From: Candidatus Gottesmanbacteria bacterium
GTDB lineage: Bacteria > Patescibacteriota > Microgenomatia > UBA10105 > UBA927
Direction of reading: 5' to 3'
NCBI GenBank assembly: GCA_023245355.1
Contig: JAHFKN010000001.1
Location: 139,528 to 203,527 of the forward strand
Length of the DNA stretch: 64,000 bases
A model generated the notes under the pieces. The model saw only the letters and a program-made list of their open reading frames with translations. It was not told the origin of the DNA and made no database searches. The position numbers and the translations under genes were made by a program. Shown here in pieces: positions 10,287-19,517 of this stretch (positions are counted from its first letter, which is position 1; each line of letters opens with the position of its first letter).

Positions 10287-11402
10287 CTACTTTACCACGT
10301 TCTCCCATGGGAAGCCACTTCGGCCGAAATGCCCGTATCTGGCAGTTTGCCGGTATATCGGCCGGCGCAGATTAAGCCCTTTTAATATACCCGGAACGGA
10401 CAGGTCTATAAGACTCCAGGCATACGCTTCGATATCTGCAATTGGCTTTTTTTCGGTACCGAACGTATCAATCGCTTTCCCCAGCGGCTCACGCTGACCT
10501 ATCACGTACGCCACACGCACCTCCACCCTGTCAGCCAACCCCTTTGCTACGATATTTTTTGCTATAAAACGCGCCGCATATGCCCCGCTCCTGTCTACCT
10601 TGGTCGGATCCTTGCCGGAGAACGCGCCTCCCCCGTGCCGGGAAAATCCGCCGTATGTATCTACAATAATTTTCCGCCCGGTAACTCCGGTATCGGAGGA
10701 AGGTCCTCCGATTTCCCACTGTCCCTTACTGCCGTTGACGACGACATTATCAAGAGACGGAGGCGTCAACTTATACTTTTTGAGCACGGGCTTGATCACT
10801 TTTTCATACAATGCTTTTTTAAGCTCGGCATTACTCACCTTGGGGTCATGCGGAACGGCAAGCACAATGCGCTCTACCGCCACGGGTTTATTGTTTTCAT
10901 AAATTACTTTCACTTCGCTTTTTCCGTCGGGACGCAAATACGGCAGTATCTTTTTCTCCCGCGTTTCGTCCATGCGTTCGACAAGCCGATGCGCGAGCAC
11001 GAGCGGCATCGGCATGTACTCCGGAGTTTCGTTTGTGGCGTACCCGAACATCATCCCCTGATCTCCCGCACCGCCGTCATCTACTCCCACCGCAATATCC
11101 GGTGACTGCTCGTGGATGTATACGGAAATCGGTGACTTATACGAAAAGTTGTATACGCCGTTGGTGTACCCCAAGGATTTAATCGTTTTCCTGGCAATCG
11201 CTTCATAATTCAGTTTCTTTTTGCAGGTCACTTCCCCCGCAAGGACGATCCGGTTTGTCGTAACCAGTGTCTCTACCGCCACCCGTGCTTTCGGGTCTAC
11301 AGAAAGTGCTGCGTCTACGATGGAATCCGAAATCTGGTCGCAGATTTTATCAGGATGCCCGCTTGCTACCGATTCGGATGTAAAATGCGTTATTTTTTTC
11401 AT
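10287..11402 (-). CDS. metK: S-adenosylmethionine synthetase
   Basis: Hallmark GGGAFSGKDPTKVDRSGAYAAR; N-terminal FTSESVASGHPDKICDQISD. Start at MKKITHF (11402). Confidence 0.95.
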   Translation of the reverse strand: MKKITHFTSESVASGHPDKICDQISDSIVDAALSVDPKARVAVETLVTTNRIVLAGEVTCKKKLNYEAIARKTIKSLGYTNGVYNFSYKSPISVYIHEQSPDIAVGVDDGGAGDQGMMFGYATNETPEYMPMPLVLAHRLVERMDETREKKILPYLRPDGKSEVKVIYENNKPVAVERIVLAVPHDPKVSNAELKKALYEKVIKPVLKKYKLTPPSLDNVVVNGSKGQWEIGGPSSDTGVTGRKIIVDTYGGFSRHGGGAFSGKDPTKVDRSGAYAARFIAKNIVAKGLADRVEVRVAYVIGQREPLGKAIDTFGTEKKPIADIEAYAWSLIDLSVPGILKGLNLRRPIYRQTARYGHFGRSGFPWENVVK

Positions 11403-11409
11403 ATATGCC

Positions 11410-11582
11410 TTTCCGCCCTGATAAGCAAAAAATAACCCCGCCAAGCGGGGTAAACTTTTTCCCTACTTCAGGCAAATCATTCCTCGGTATTCTACCGGGA
11501 TTCGTTTTGGCACCGTATCCCAATTTGGCTCGGTTGCCGGGCGGATTATTGAGCGAAATCTCTCCCCGCCACTCTTGATTTA
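11410..11582 (-). promoter_or_regulatory. SAM-I (S-box) riboswitch with intrinsic terminator in metK 5' leader
   Basis: Minus-strand leader reads TAAATCAAGAGTGGCGGGGAGAGA...AATCCGCCCGGCAACC...GGTGCCAA...GAGGAATGATTTG. This matches the SAM-I core (UCAAGAG-GGCGGAGGGA...CCCGGCAACC...GGUGCCAA...AGAUGA) with P1 AAATCA/TGATTT. It is followed by hairpin CCCCGCTTGGCGGGG + UUAUUUUUUG immediately before the metK ATG. Confidence 0.7.
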
Positions 11583-11622
11583 TTAACTTTTTATCTACGT
11601 TACTCTTCCCGGACGTATGTTG

Positions 11623-12915
11623 TCAAGACGCTGTCTCGTGCCTTACCTGTTCTGTAAAGGGCACGTCGGGCAACCCTTGGACGCCGCCGAACGAGATGCG
11701 GTCAAGTACCTTCTGTTCCATGCGTGCCATCCGGGCAGGATATATGACGAAGTCGCCGAATCGGTTTTGTATGGCATCTATCGCGCGTGTTATATCCCGC
11801 TTTCTGTTCTCTTCAGGAAACAGCGATGCCTGCCTATCCGTATCGGAGTGTAATGCATAGCAATACACCGCAAGCATTTTCACCGCCCGTTCGGGAGCAT
11901 GCATGAGCAGGCGCCGCATATTCATATAAAAATCAAAATCAGAAAACATCGGAAATGTTTTTTTCTCCTGGGTATGCCAATGGGAATGATCGATAAACAT
12001 CACGGATATTCCGACTCCGTACGCCGCAAATCCGTCTGCTCTCATTCTTCTGCCCATTTTCATCGTAAGTTGGGTGAGAATCTGCCATAACCGGGAATCA
12101 GTGGGCAGATACGGGGTACCCAATACATATGACTGGCCGAAACTTTTCTGGTCTTCTTTCGTGTCTTTGCTAAATTCCTTATACATGCTCCCATCTTCAT
12201 ACCCGTGAAGCCGGAGCCACCAGTGGTGCCCCACGACAGAATGGAATGCGCGTTTAAGATCTCCTACACTCGCCCGGTAAAACGCCAATGGAGTCATAAT
12301 GCCCGCCTCCATAAGCCGCCTGCCGTTGCCCTCTTTAATACCGCAGAAATCGGTGAGTTTCATCGTCCCGAATGTTTCCAGAATATTTTCGCGCGTGATG
12401 GCAACCAGTCCGTCGGGCTTCTGCAGTCCGGAGGCGACCTTGGCCAGATACCTGTTCGGGGCAATTCCGCACGATACGGTGATCCACTCGCCTATCTCAT
12501 GTTTGATGCGCATTTTAATGTCACGCGCTATATCGAACATATCCTGCCGGTCGAGTGCCGGGGTGTTAGCAAGATTCATCACCATTTCATCAATGGACTC
12601 CACACTGATGTATGCCGTATAGGACTGAAGTAACCTCAGGAGTTTACGGTTTACCACCCGGTATTTCGGCGGATCAGGAGGCAGCACGATCAAATGCGGC
12701 GCTAAACTTCTCCCTTCCCGCACCTGCATGCCTGTTTTTACCCCCAGCTTCTTTGCTTCACGGGAAGCTGCCAGAATACACCCGTAGTCTTTCACGTAGG
12801 CTGCCACAACGACAGGCTTCCCCCGCAGCAGCGGATTTGCCTGCTGTTCCACCGTGGCAAAGCAGGAATTGATGTCCACATGCATCGTGGTAGGGGCAAT
12901 AGGGTTAAAGTCCAT
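11623..12915 (-). CDS. dinB: Y-family DNA polymerase IV
   Basis: N-terminal MHVDINSCFATVEQQANPLLRGKPVVV (UmuC/DinB palm); 430 aa. Confidence 0.85.
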   Translation of the reverse strand: MDFNPIAPTTMHVDINSCFATVEQQANPLLRGKPVVVAAYVKDYGCILAASREAKKLGVKTGMQVREGRSLAPHLIVLPPDPPKYRVVNRKLLRLLQSYTAYISVESIDEMVMNLANTPALDRQDMFDIARDIKMRIKHEIGEWITVSCGIAPNRYLAKVASGLQKPDGLVAITRENILETFGTMKLTDFCGIKEGNGRRLMEAGIMTPLAFYRASVGDLKRAFHSVVGHHWWLRLHGYEDGSMYKEFSKDTKEDQKSFGQSYVLGTPYLPTDSRLWQILTQLTMKMGRRMRADGFAAYGVGISVMFIDHSHWHTQEKKTFPMFSDFDFYMNMRRLLMHAPERAVKMLAVYCYALHSDTDRQASLFPEENRKRDITRAIDAIQNRFGDFVIYPARMARMEQKVLDRISFGGVQGLPDVPFTEQVRHETAS

Positions 12916-12921
12916 AAAATT

Positions 12922-13218
12922 TTAGTGAATGGTATCTACTTCGAGAAGCGTCCACCTCAAACTCTCACTGTCCATCACAAGCTTAAAGAACGTACTTCCG
13001 TCGCTGACCGAAAAGATATGGAAAAGATGCCGCCCTTCCCACACCGTGTGGTGTAATCCGATGGTCGTGATGTGGTACTGGCGTCCGTGCCAATACAGGC
13101 TGTACGGAAGCACTTTTCGGGTCTTATGATTACTCCAGAGAGTAACGGAAACAGGTTCGTTTATGGTTTCGGGCATGGGTATTAAAACCATAATAAACCC
13201 GAAAATAAGAGTCGTCAA
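12922..13218 (-). CDS. Hypothetical protein immediately upstream of dinB
   Basis: 98-aa ORF ending 4 nt before the dinB start, same strand. No recognisable motif. Confidence 0.35.
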   Translation of the reverse strand: MTTLIFGFIMVLIPMPETINEPVSVTLWSNHKTRKVLPYSLYWHGRQYHITTIGLHHTVWEGRHLFHIFSVSDGSTFFKLVMDSESLRWTLLEVDTIH

Positions 13219-13339
13219 CTGGGTGTAACTGTATCAAATAGTACGAAATTCAACCGAAAGTATACCTACGTTTGAATTACCTGTTCCTGATAGATGATTT
13301 GCTATTGTATTCTCACTCTGCTATACTCTCGTATGCACC

Positions 13340-13356
13340 TGTATTGAAACAATACA
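13340..13356. promoter_or_regulatory. Perfect palindrome TGTATTG-AAA-CAATACA in the dinB-operon / helicase divergent promoter region
   Basis: 7-bp perfect inverted repeat with a 3-nt spacer, in the 256-bp divergent intergenic region. Confidence 0.4.
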
Positions 13357-13474
13357 TCTGCTTATTGTAAGTTAACAGTTTGAGAAGTTAAGAGAAAAAA
13401 CGCCCCAAGATTTATTCTTTATTTATCCGCGTCTTTTCCCCTTTTCAGGTATTTTCATTATATAAGCAGCTCTA

Positions 13475-14728
13475 TTGTTTCAACTTTCCGGTTCAACTCA
13501 TATTTTTATGTATCAAAACAACAGACAACGTTCATTTGGTCGTCCGCGGCCGTCATTTGGCAATTCCAGGCCGTCTTTCGGCAGAAACCGCCCGATTAAA
13601 ACCGTGCCGAAAAGCGTCATTTTGGCGACAATTGCCCGGAGCAAGGACAATCATGCAGGCGATATCCAAAGCGAGCCCGTGCCTGTGATGCATCAATTTA
13701 CCGATTTCGGGTTGGACGCACTGCTTGTAGAAACCATCAAAGCAAAAGGGTTTACGGCTCCGACTCCGATCCAGGATACGGCAATCCCGGCAATTCTTTC
13801 GGGGCGTGACATCATCGGAACCGCAAATACGGGAACCGGCAAAACGGCCGCATTCCTGATCCCGCTGATCCAGAAAGTAACGTCTGACAGAAACCAACGT
13901 GTGCTTGTGGTAGCCCCTACCCGCGAGCTGGCCGTACAGATACATAAGGAATTGCGTGATTTCTCACGCGGACTATCCATCAGAAGCGCCATGCTTATCG
14001 GAGGCGCAAATGAATGGCGGCAGCGTTCTGACTTAAAACTTGACCCGCATTTTGTCATCGCGACTCCTGGAAGACTCAAGGATTTCGTGGAATCCCGGTA
14101 TGTCCGGTTATCTACATTCCGGAATGTCGTTCTGGACGAAGCGGACCGCATGGTAGATATAGGATTTATCAATGACATCAAATATTTTATCTCTTTACTT
14201 CCCAAGGAACGGCAATCCCTGTTTTTCTCTGCGACGATATCGGGCAAAGTAGGCGAAATCCTTACGGAATTCGTCCAAAATCCCGTCCGCGTATCCGTCA
14301 AAACTGAGGACGTGGCCACGACAATCCGTCAGGATGTCATTCATGTCACCAACAGGAACGCCAATGCCAAGGTAGAGGCGCTCCATGACCTGCTTATTCA
14401 GAAAGAATTCGATAAAGTGCTTATTTTTGGCCGCACGAAATGGGGAGTACAACGGTTGTCTGACGAACTGGTCAAACGGGGATTCCGTTCAGGCGCAATT
14501 CACGGCAATAAACGCCAAAATCAACGCCAATATGTCCTGGAACAGTTCAAACGGAGCGAAATCCAGATTTTACTGGCCACCGATGTTGCCAGCCGCGGGC
14601 TCGATATTCCCGATGTGTCACACGTCATTAACTATGACCTTCCTGAGACGCTGGATGATTACATCCACCGCATCGGACGCACCGGACGCGCCAATAAGCG
14701 CGGGATCGCGCTGACGTTCGTAGAATAA
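13475..14728 (+). CDS. DEAD-box ATP-dependent RNA helicase
   Basis: Q-motif TPIQ, Walker A TGTGKT, DEAD box VLDEADRM, SAT, HRIGRTGRA. Arg/Gly-rich N-terminal extension; the true start may be internal (about 13688). Confidence 0.9.
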   Translation: MFQLSGSTHIFMYQNNRQRSFGRPRPSFGNSRPSFGRNRPIKTVPKSVILATIARSKDNHAGDIQSEPVPVMHQFTDFGLDALLVETIKAKGFTAPTPIQDTAIPAILSGRDIIGTANTGTGKTAAFLIPLIQKVTSDRNQRVLVVAPTRELAVQIHKELRDFSRGLSIRSAMLIGGANEWRQRSDLKLDPHFVIATPGRLKDFVESRYVRLSTFRNVVLDEADRMVDIGFINDIKYFISLLPKERQSLFFSATISGKVGEILTEFVQNPVRVSVKTEDVATTIRQDVIHVTNRNANAKVEALHDLLIQKEFDKVLIFGRTKWGVQRLSDELVKRGFRSGAIHGNKRQNQRQYVLEQFKRSEIQILLATDVASRGLDIPDVSHVINYDLPETLDDYIHRIGRTGRANKRGIALTFVE

Positions 14729-14730
14729 TC

Positions 14731-15030
14731 CTATCGCACCGAAGAAGACCTCCTGAAACGCTCGTCCTTACGGATCTCGTGGACGTGATCCGCTTCCGAC
14801 TGAAGCCTGTCGGCGAGTGCCGCACCCTGAATGTCCCCATGCCGCACGCTGGATAACACCCGCTCCGCTATAGCCGTAATGCTTTTGGGCAGACGCGGTT
14901 TTTCTTTCTCAGCCGCGGCGCTTTGTGTTCCTGCCATGACCATCACCTCCTCATAAGAACCGGGCACAGTATGCCAAAAGCATACACACGCACGCAATGC
15001 ATCAGGAGTATGCACGGATGCGTGTACCAA
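14731..15030 (-). CDS. Hypothetical small protein
   Basis: 99-aa ORF convergent with the helicase. No motif; weakly supported. Confidence 0.2.
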   Translation of the reverse strand: MVHASVHTPDALRACVCFWHTVPGSYEEVMVMAGTQSAAAEKEKPRLPKSITAIAERVLSSVRHGDIQGAALADRLQSEADHVHEIRKDERFRRSSSVR

Positions 15031-15036
15031 AAAAAA

Positions 15037-15054
15037 GCCCCGCTTTCGCGGGAC
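15037..15054. terminator. Bidirectional intrinsic terminator (GCCCCGC-TTTC-GCGGGAC, A-tract upstream, T-tract downstream)
   Basis: aaaaaaaaGCCCCGCTTTCGCGGGACtttcttttt, between the convergent ORF 14731-15030 (helicase further upstream) and csp. Adjacent palindrome GTTGATA-TTGC-TATCAAC (15062-15079). Confidence 0.55.
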
Positions 15055-15089
15055 TTTCTTTTTGTTGATATTGCTATCAACATGAGTTT

Positions 15090-15287
15090 TTATGCTCGTT
15101 TTACATTTTTAGCGCTTGGGCCTTTCGGGCCGTCTACGACTTCAAACGTGACAGTCTCGCCCACTTGAAGTTCATCAAATGTGACGCCGACCAAATCTTT
15201 AGAGTGGAAGAACAGGTCTTTCGACTCGCCTTCACGTGATATAAAACCAAATCCTCTATCAGTTTTTGTTTTAATTGTGCCGTTCAT
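15090..15287 (-). CDS. csp: Cold-shock protein (CspA family)
   Basis: MNGTIKTKTDRGFGFISREG...FFHSKDL (RNP1/RNP2 motifs). GGAGA RBS upstream of the ATG at 15287. Confidence 0.9.
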   Translation of the reverse strand: MNGTIKTKTDRGFGFISREGESKDLFFHSKDLVGVTFDELQVGETVTFEVVDGPKGPSAKNVKRA

Positions 15288-15333
15288 TGGTATCTCCTTT
15301 CTGTGTAGTAAGTATACCACATCTGAAAGACAA

Positions 15334-16311
15334 TTACCCGACTTGTGCGGATTTGAGGAATTCTGTGAGGACATCCTTAAACGCGGCTATACTCCGCTCA
15401 TCGGTAACAGAGCCGGTAAATACGGGCTTCCCGATTGATGTAAATACCCTGGCAGCGTTCCTGACTGCGTCTTTCGTAACCAAATCCGTCTTGTTTAAAA
15501 ATATGAGTTCCGGCTTTTCCAAAAGTGCCGGATTAAATTCCTTAAATTCATTGCGTACCGTTTCATAGGCGGCAAGGGGGTTTTCGACCGTGATATCGAT
15601 ACAGTGGACCAGCATACTGGTTTTTTCGATATGCTTTAGAAATTTCGTTCCGAGCCCGATACCGCGCGACGCACCTTCGATAAGACCGGGGATATCTGCA
15701 ATCGGATGCTTGCCAAACATGCCGATGGTAGGCTCCAATGTGGTAAAAGGATATGCTCCGATAGCAGGTGTCGCATTGGTGAGGACGGTTAATAAACTGC
15801 TTTTTCCGGCATTCGGAAGTCCGATAAGACCGATTTCTGCTATCAGCCGGAGTTCCAGGCGGATATTTTTTACCTCGCCGGCTCCTCCCAGCTCACGGTT
15901 CGTCGGTGCCTGGTTGGTCGCGGATTTGAACTTGAAGTTTCCAAAGCCTCCGGCGCCTCCCCGCGCGATCAGTACGGGCCTATCAACCTGACTGATTTCA
16001 ATCACTTTCCCACCGTCTACATCCGTAATGCGGGTTCCCAGAGGCACTTCAACCGTCACATGCTGGGCGTTTCTGCCGAAGCCATTGTGTTTGGTGCCGT
16101 GCCCGCCGTTTTCTCCCACAACTTTCTTCTTGTACCGAAAGTACCTAAGGTCATTCACATTGGGAGATCCCTGAAAAAGGACGTCTCCGCCGTTGCCGCC
16201 GTTGCCGCCGTCGGGACCTCCTCTGGCCTTCATGGAAGTGCGTGCAAATGTTGCAGCCCCGTTGCCGCCGTCGCCGGCTTTGACAATAATCGTTACGTTA
16301 TCTATGAGCAT
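15334..16311 (-). CDS. obg: GTPase Obg/CgtA
   Basis: Glycine-rich Obg fold MLIDNVTIIVKAGDGGNG..GGPDGGNGGNGGDV; G-domain GLPNAGKSSLL, DIPGLIEGA, NKTD. Confidence 0.9.
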   Translation of the reverse strand: MLIDNVTIIVKAGDGGNGAATFARTSMKARGGPDGGNGGNGGDVLFQGSPNVNDLRYFRYKKKVVGENGGHGTKHNGFGRNAQHVTVEVPLGTRITDVDGGKVIEISQVDRPVLIARGGAGGFGNFKFKSATNQAPTNRELGGAGEVKNIRLELRLIAEIGLIGLPNAGKSSLLTVLTNATPAIGAYPFTTLEPTIGMFGKHPIADIPGLIEGASRGIGLGTKFLKHIEKTSMLVHCIDITVENPLAAYETVRNEFKEFNPALLEKPELIFLNKTDLVTKDAVRNAARVFTSIGKPVFTGSVTDERSIAAFKDVLTEFLKSAQVG

Positions 16312-16402
16312 TATCCGTATTGTACCATTGTGGCTGCCCGTTTGGCCGTTTCAATCCGTGATTACATGTCTGTACGGGCGGCCGCAGCTACCGGACACAA
16401 GG

Positions 16403-17686
16403 TCATTTACTGAGGGTTTGCCCGGGGCTAAAAGGAGCAAACGGAGGCAAATTTTTGCCTTTGAGCAGCACTCCCCAATCATTAATTTTCCCGTTCTCTC
16501 CCGCCGGGGGATTGATACGGGATGCCTGAAGTACATAGACGACCGGATCGGGGATTTTATTCTTTTCGCGGATTTTATCTTCCCATAGTTCCAGCATGGC
16601 GAGTCCGCCTCCCAGATATATGCGTGTCTCATTTTTGCCTGTTCCGTATACGCGAACATGGGGATTGATCCTGCCTTCCCGGCCTGTGGACAGCTTGTCA
16701 CCCATATCGCCTACCGTAAATAATCCCCGCTCCACCATCTCCGCTTGGGTATTGATAAGGTAATTTGATCCGATTTCTTTGCTGCCTAAACCGTACGACA
16801 ATGCCCCGACGCGGATAAGCAGCGGAGTTTTCCGCTCCAGCGCACGCTTGACTGCTATCGAGATACCTTGTGTAGAAGCTACCGCTACACGGATTTCCTC
16901 CAGGGTTTTGTCGTGGCGATTCCCCATCGCGTCATCAACTTCCTGATCGCCGATAATAGTCGCACCCGAGGCCAGACAGTCGTCAAACCGCGTCAGACGC
17001 GCATATTCATACAGTCCCAACCGTTTCCGGACCGCTGTAGCACCTTTTGCACTGAATTCTCCCAGACATTCGCTTACCGCCTGCCGGTACCGAAGCTTTT
17101 TTTCCGGATTCATGTCGGGATCGTTACCGAGCGTGGTTAATTCCTGCATGACCGGTGACATGGAACCGTTCCGGATCTCAATAATGATTTTCCCCTCAGC
17201 ATCATTTTTTATGGCGCGCATAATGGGCAGTTCTTCCTGAGGAGACACGGCACTACACGAATCGCGGGAAGATATAGCCTGTACTGCCTGGCTGTCTGTA
17301 TACGTTCTGCCGCTTCCGTCCTCGCAGACAAAATTCAGAGCCCGCAGCCCTTCCACAAGCGCCTCAGGAGACAGGCGCGTTCCCTCGATGGACTCGATAA
17401 GCAGCGGACCGAACAACACTTCTGCGTCACCGGTATTGGGCTTGCCGTATTTTTGTGCTCCGTGCCATTCCTCCGGAATACGGAGGTGCTCCCCGTCTTT
17501 TGCCACACGGATACGTATGTTTGCCGGCTTCCATTGCGTGTCGAAATGCCGGAAAATTTCAGCCATGGAGATGTCACGCAGTGAGGCACTCAGTTCTTTC
17601 GCATCCATGATCGGTTTTACTTCTTTTCCTGGCTCCCGCCTGCCTGGCCGTATATCATGTGATGGGGTATGAGATTCTTTACCCAT
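16403..17686 (-). CDS. Conserved hypothetical protein (427 aa)
   Basis: Long clean ORF with no family motif I could place from memory (LGSKEIGSNYLINTQ, VGDMGDKLSTGREG). Confidence 0.5.
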   Translation of the reverse strand: MGKESHTPSHDIRPGRREPGKEVKPIMDAKELSASLRDISMAEIFRHFDTQWKPANIRIRVAKDGEHLRIPEEWHGAQKYGKPNTGDAEVLFGPLLIESIEGTRLSPEALVEGLRALNFVCEDGSGRTYTDSQAVQAISSRDSCSAVSPQEELPIMRAIKNDAEGKIIIEIRNGSMSPVMQELTTLGNDPDMNPEKKLRYRQAVSECLGEFSAKGATAVRKRLGLYEYARLTRFDDCLASGATIIGDQEVDDAMGNRHDKTLEEIRVAVASTQGISIAVKRALERKTPLLIRVGALSYGLGSKEIGSNYLINTQAEMVERGLFTVGDMGDKLSTGREGRINPHVRVYGTGKNETRIYLGGGLAMLELWEDKIREKNKIPDPVVYVLQASRINPPAGENGKINDWGVLLKGKNLPPFAPFSPGQTLSK

Positions 17687-17836
17687 AGTTTGTGCGATAG
17701 TAATATGTTTGCCGGGGAATTACAACAACCGATTTAGCCTTGTGAGATACCGTACTTTTCGTGGTATTCCCGAATATACCGGGTAATTTATATACTATTA
17801 CAAAATAACCTATAATATATGCGCTGCTTGTATATA

Positions 17837-18229
17837 TTACGCAGTCCTGCGGATGTGACGCGAAAAATACATAAGCACAAGAGATAACGCGGCAACAGTT
17901 ACTTCAAGAAGCGTATACCCAAGCGGCGCCACCTCCGGCTGCATAAGGTGCATCTGATCTGCAATAACCTGGAGAATATTGAGCACTGCAGCCGCAACGG
18001 CAAATTTGGCTCCAAGCAACGGACGTTTCAGGATCAGGGGTATTGCGGCGATTTCCGTAATCAAAATAGTAAGAAAAAAGAACAACCAGTATATCGATAC
18101 CCCGGATTGAGGTCGGATTTCAAATCCGATCGGAGGGGGAAATTCCAGAACCGTTACGATGAGAATGGCGACAATTGTTGCGACCGCGCCCTTTTGTGCA
18201 AATGATATATTCATGCGTATATAATACAC
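17837..18229 (-). CDS. Hypothetical integral membrane protein
   Basis: Four predicted hydrophobic helices; 130 aa. Confidence 0.45.
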   Translation of the reverse strand: MYYIRMNISFAQKGAVATIVAILIVTVLEFPPPIGFEIRPQSGVSIYWLFFFLTILITEIAAIPLILKRPLLGAKFAVAAAVLNILQVIADQMHLMQPEVAPLGYTLLEVTVAALSLVLMYFSRHIRRTA

Positions 18230-18239
18230 GATAATTCAT

Positions 18240-18548
18240 ATGCATAAAATATTGTATGATACACATCATATGCAAAAAGATGTAAAGAAACGTGACGGGA
18301 GTACTGAAGCGTACGAAGAAGATAAAATTGCACGCGTTGTGACAACTGCGGGACTCGCACCCGATAAGGCGCATGGTCTTGCCGCGGCCGTATCCGCTTG
18401 GGTGAATAGTCTGCCCGATACCCACATCTCTTCATTGCAGATACGGGACAAGGTGCTGGAGTTGCTAACCGCAGCAGACACTAATGCAGCAGATCTGTAC
18501 CGCTGGTACGAAACCACCAAAGAACCGCAGAAAAAAGACGCAAGCTGA
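18240..18548 (+). CDS. ATP-cone domain protein
   Basis: DVKKRDGSTEAYEEDKIARVV matches the ATP-cone N-terminus (V.KRDG..E.F...KI). Confidence 0.6.
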   Translation: MHKILYDTHHMQKDVKKRDGSTEAYEEDKIARVVTTAGLAPDKAHGLAAAVSAWVNSLPDTHISSLQIRDKVLELLTAADTNAADLYRWYETTKEPQKKDAS

Positions 18549-18603
18549 GTACGCGTGTTGGAACTCAATCGGAACGTATATTCAGTCCTATAACGTTTTG
18601 CCT

Positions 18604-18844
18604 GTTGCACTGTGAGTGCAACTATTGTATGTTATCAGTGGTGCAAGTGCACTAGCTCTTTAAAACCGGAATATTTGTTTTTTGCCAAAAAACTTTCGCG
18701 CGGCGGAGGCTTACGCCTTCATAAAAACGGGGCATCATAGCCAACAATTATCGGGTATTGCTATATAGTTATTTATATTGCTATTACTTGCTATTTGGCT
18801 ATGTATATGTCTGATTCTTGTATGGATGGTGCAATCAAATGCAC
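18604..18844. promoter_or_regulatory. Operator-like palindromes with GTGCA/TGCAC half-sites: TTGCAC-tgtga-GTGCAA (18604-18622), GTGCA-ag-TGCAC (18641-18652), GTGCA-atcaaa-TGCAC (18829-18844)
   Basis: Three related inverted repeats upstream of the island 1 operon. The third lies about 50 bp upstream of the first gene's RBS. Confidence 0.45.
18757..18803 (+). repeat. Iteron-like direct repeats (A)TTGCTAT x3 + GGCTAT, phased 20/10/10 bp
   Basis: ATTGCTAT at 18757 and 18777, TTGCTAT at 18788, GGCTAT at 18798. Confidence 0.5.
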
Positions 18845-18895
18845 GGTCAATTTCAAACATTTTTTTGAGAGCTGCGAAAGGAGGTGAAATACCAT

Positions 18896-19180
18896 ATGGC
18901 AAAAAACAATACTGATGATTTAGTAGTTCCGGTTTCGGTCGCACATACATTGGTCGCAATATTCTTTGCGGATTCCAATAAAAAGGATCGGAATGTTGAT
19001 GAAATACATGCTGCGCTTTTTATAGCTGATAGGCTGAAGCATCGAGCAGAAGTATCTGAAGATGGATTCGTCCGAATTTCCGATGAGGAAGCGGTGACAA
19101 TTCTTCGTGAGCTTTACGCACGATTGTCTGACCCCTACAAACTAAAGAAAATAACGGATATGTTAACGACCCGAGGCTAA
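18896..19180 (+). CDS. Hypothetical protein (island 1, first gene)
   Basis: Strong RBS AAAGGAGGTGAAATACCAT-ATG; 94 aa. No known motif. Confidence 0.55.
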   Translation: MAKNNTDDLVVPVSVAHTLVAIFFADSNKKDRNVDEIHAALFIADRLKHRAEVSEDGFVRISDEEAVTILRELYARLSDPYKLKKITDMLTTRG

Positions 19181-19220
19181 CCCCTCCATCTTACAAAGCA
19201 ATTTACGTGTATAAACATCT

Positions 19221-19517
19221 ATGAAATTTGGAAAGGCCATAAATAAGTATCGCAAGGCTAAGAAGCTCTCTCAACGTGAGTTAGCCTTTATTGTGGGCGT
19301 AACACCCACATATTTATCTGCATTGGAAAACGACCGAAAAGAGCCAAGTATCAAGCTGATTCAAGAAATTTGTAAATCCTTGTCTATTCCTAAAGAAATA
19401 TTGTTTTGGGAGTCTCTCAACATGGTGGAGGGGATGACTCAAGATGATAAAAAAATTGTTTCTTCCGCAAAAGAAATCGTTAATAGTTATTTTCTTAAAT
19501 ATTCACATTTATCATGA
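19221..19517 (+). CDS. XRE-family HTH transcriptional regulator
   Basis: Cro/C1-type HTH LSQRELAFIVGVTPTYLSALENDRKEPSIKLIQEICKSLSIP. Confidence 0.8.
   Translation: MKFGKAINKYRKAKKLSQRELAFIVGVTPTYLSALENDRKEPSIKLIQEICKSLSIPKEILFWESLNMVEGMTQDDKKIVSSAKEIVNSYFLKYSHLS

Noticed and set aside
13219-13474. LexA/SOS box upstream of the dinB operon
   Set aside because: No convincing CTGT-N8-ACAG or GAAC-N4-GTTC match. Only the unrelated TGTATTG/CAATACA palindrome is reported.
18600-18850. Possible CRISPR array, given the recurring GTGCA/TGCAC repeats
   Set aside because: Repeats are short palindromic half-sites with irregular spacing, not 25-40-bp direct repeats with unique spacers; no cas genes present.
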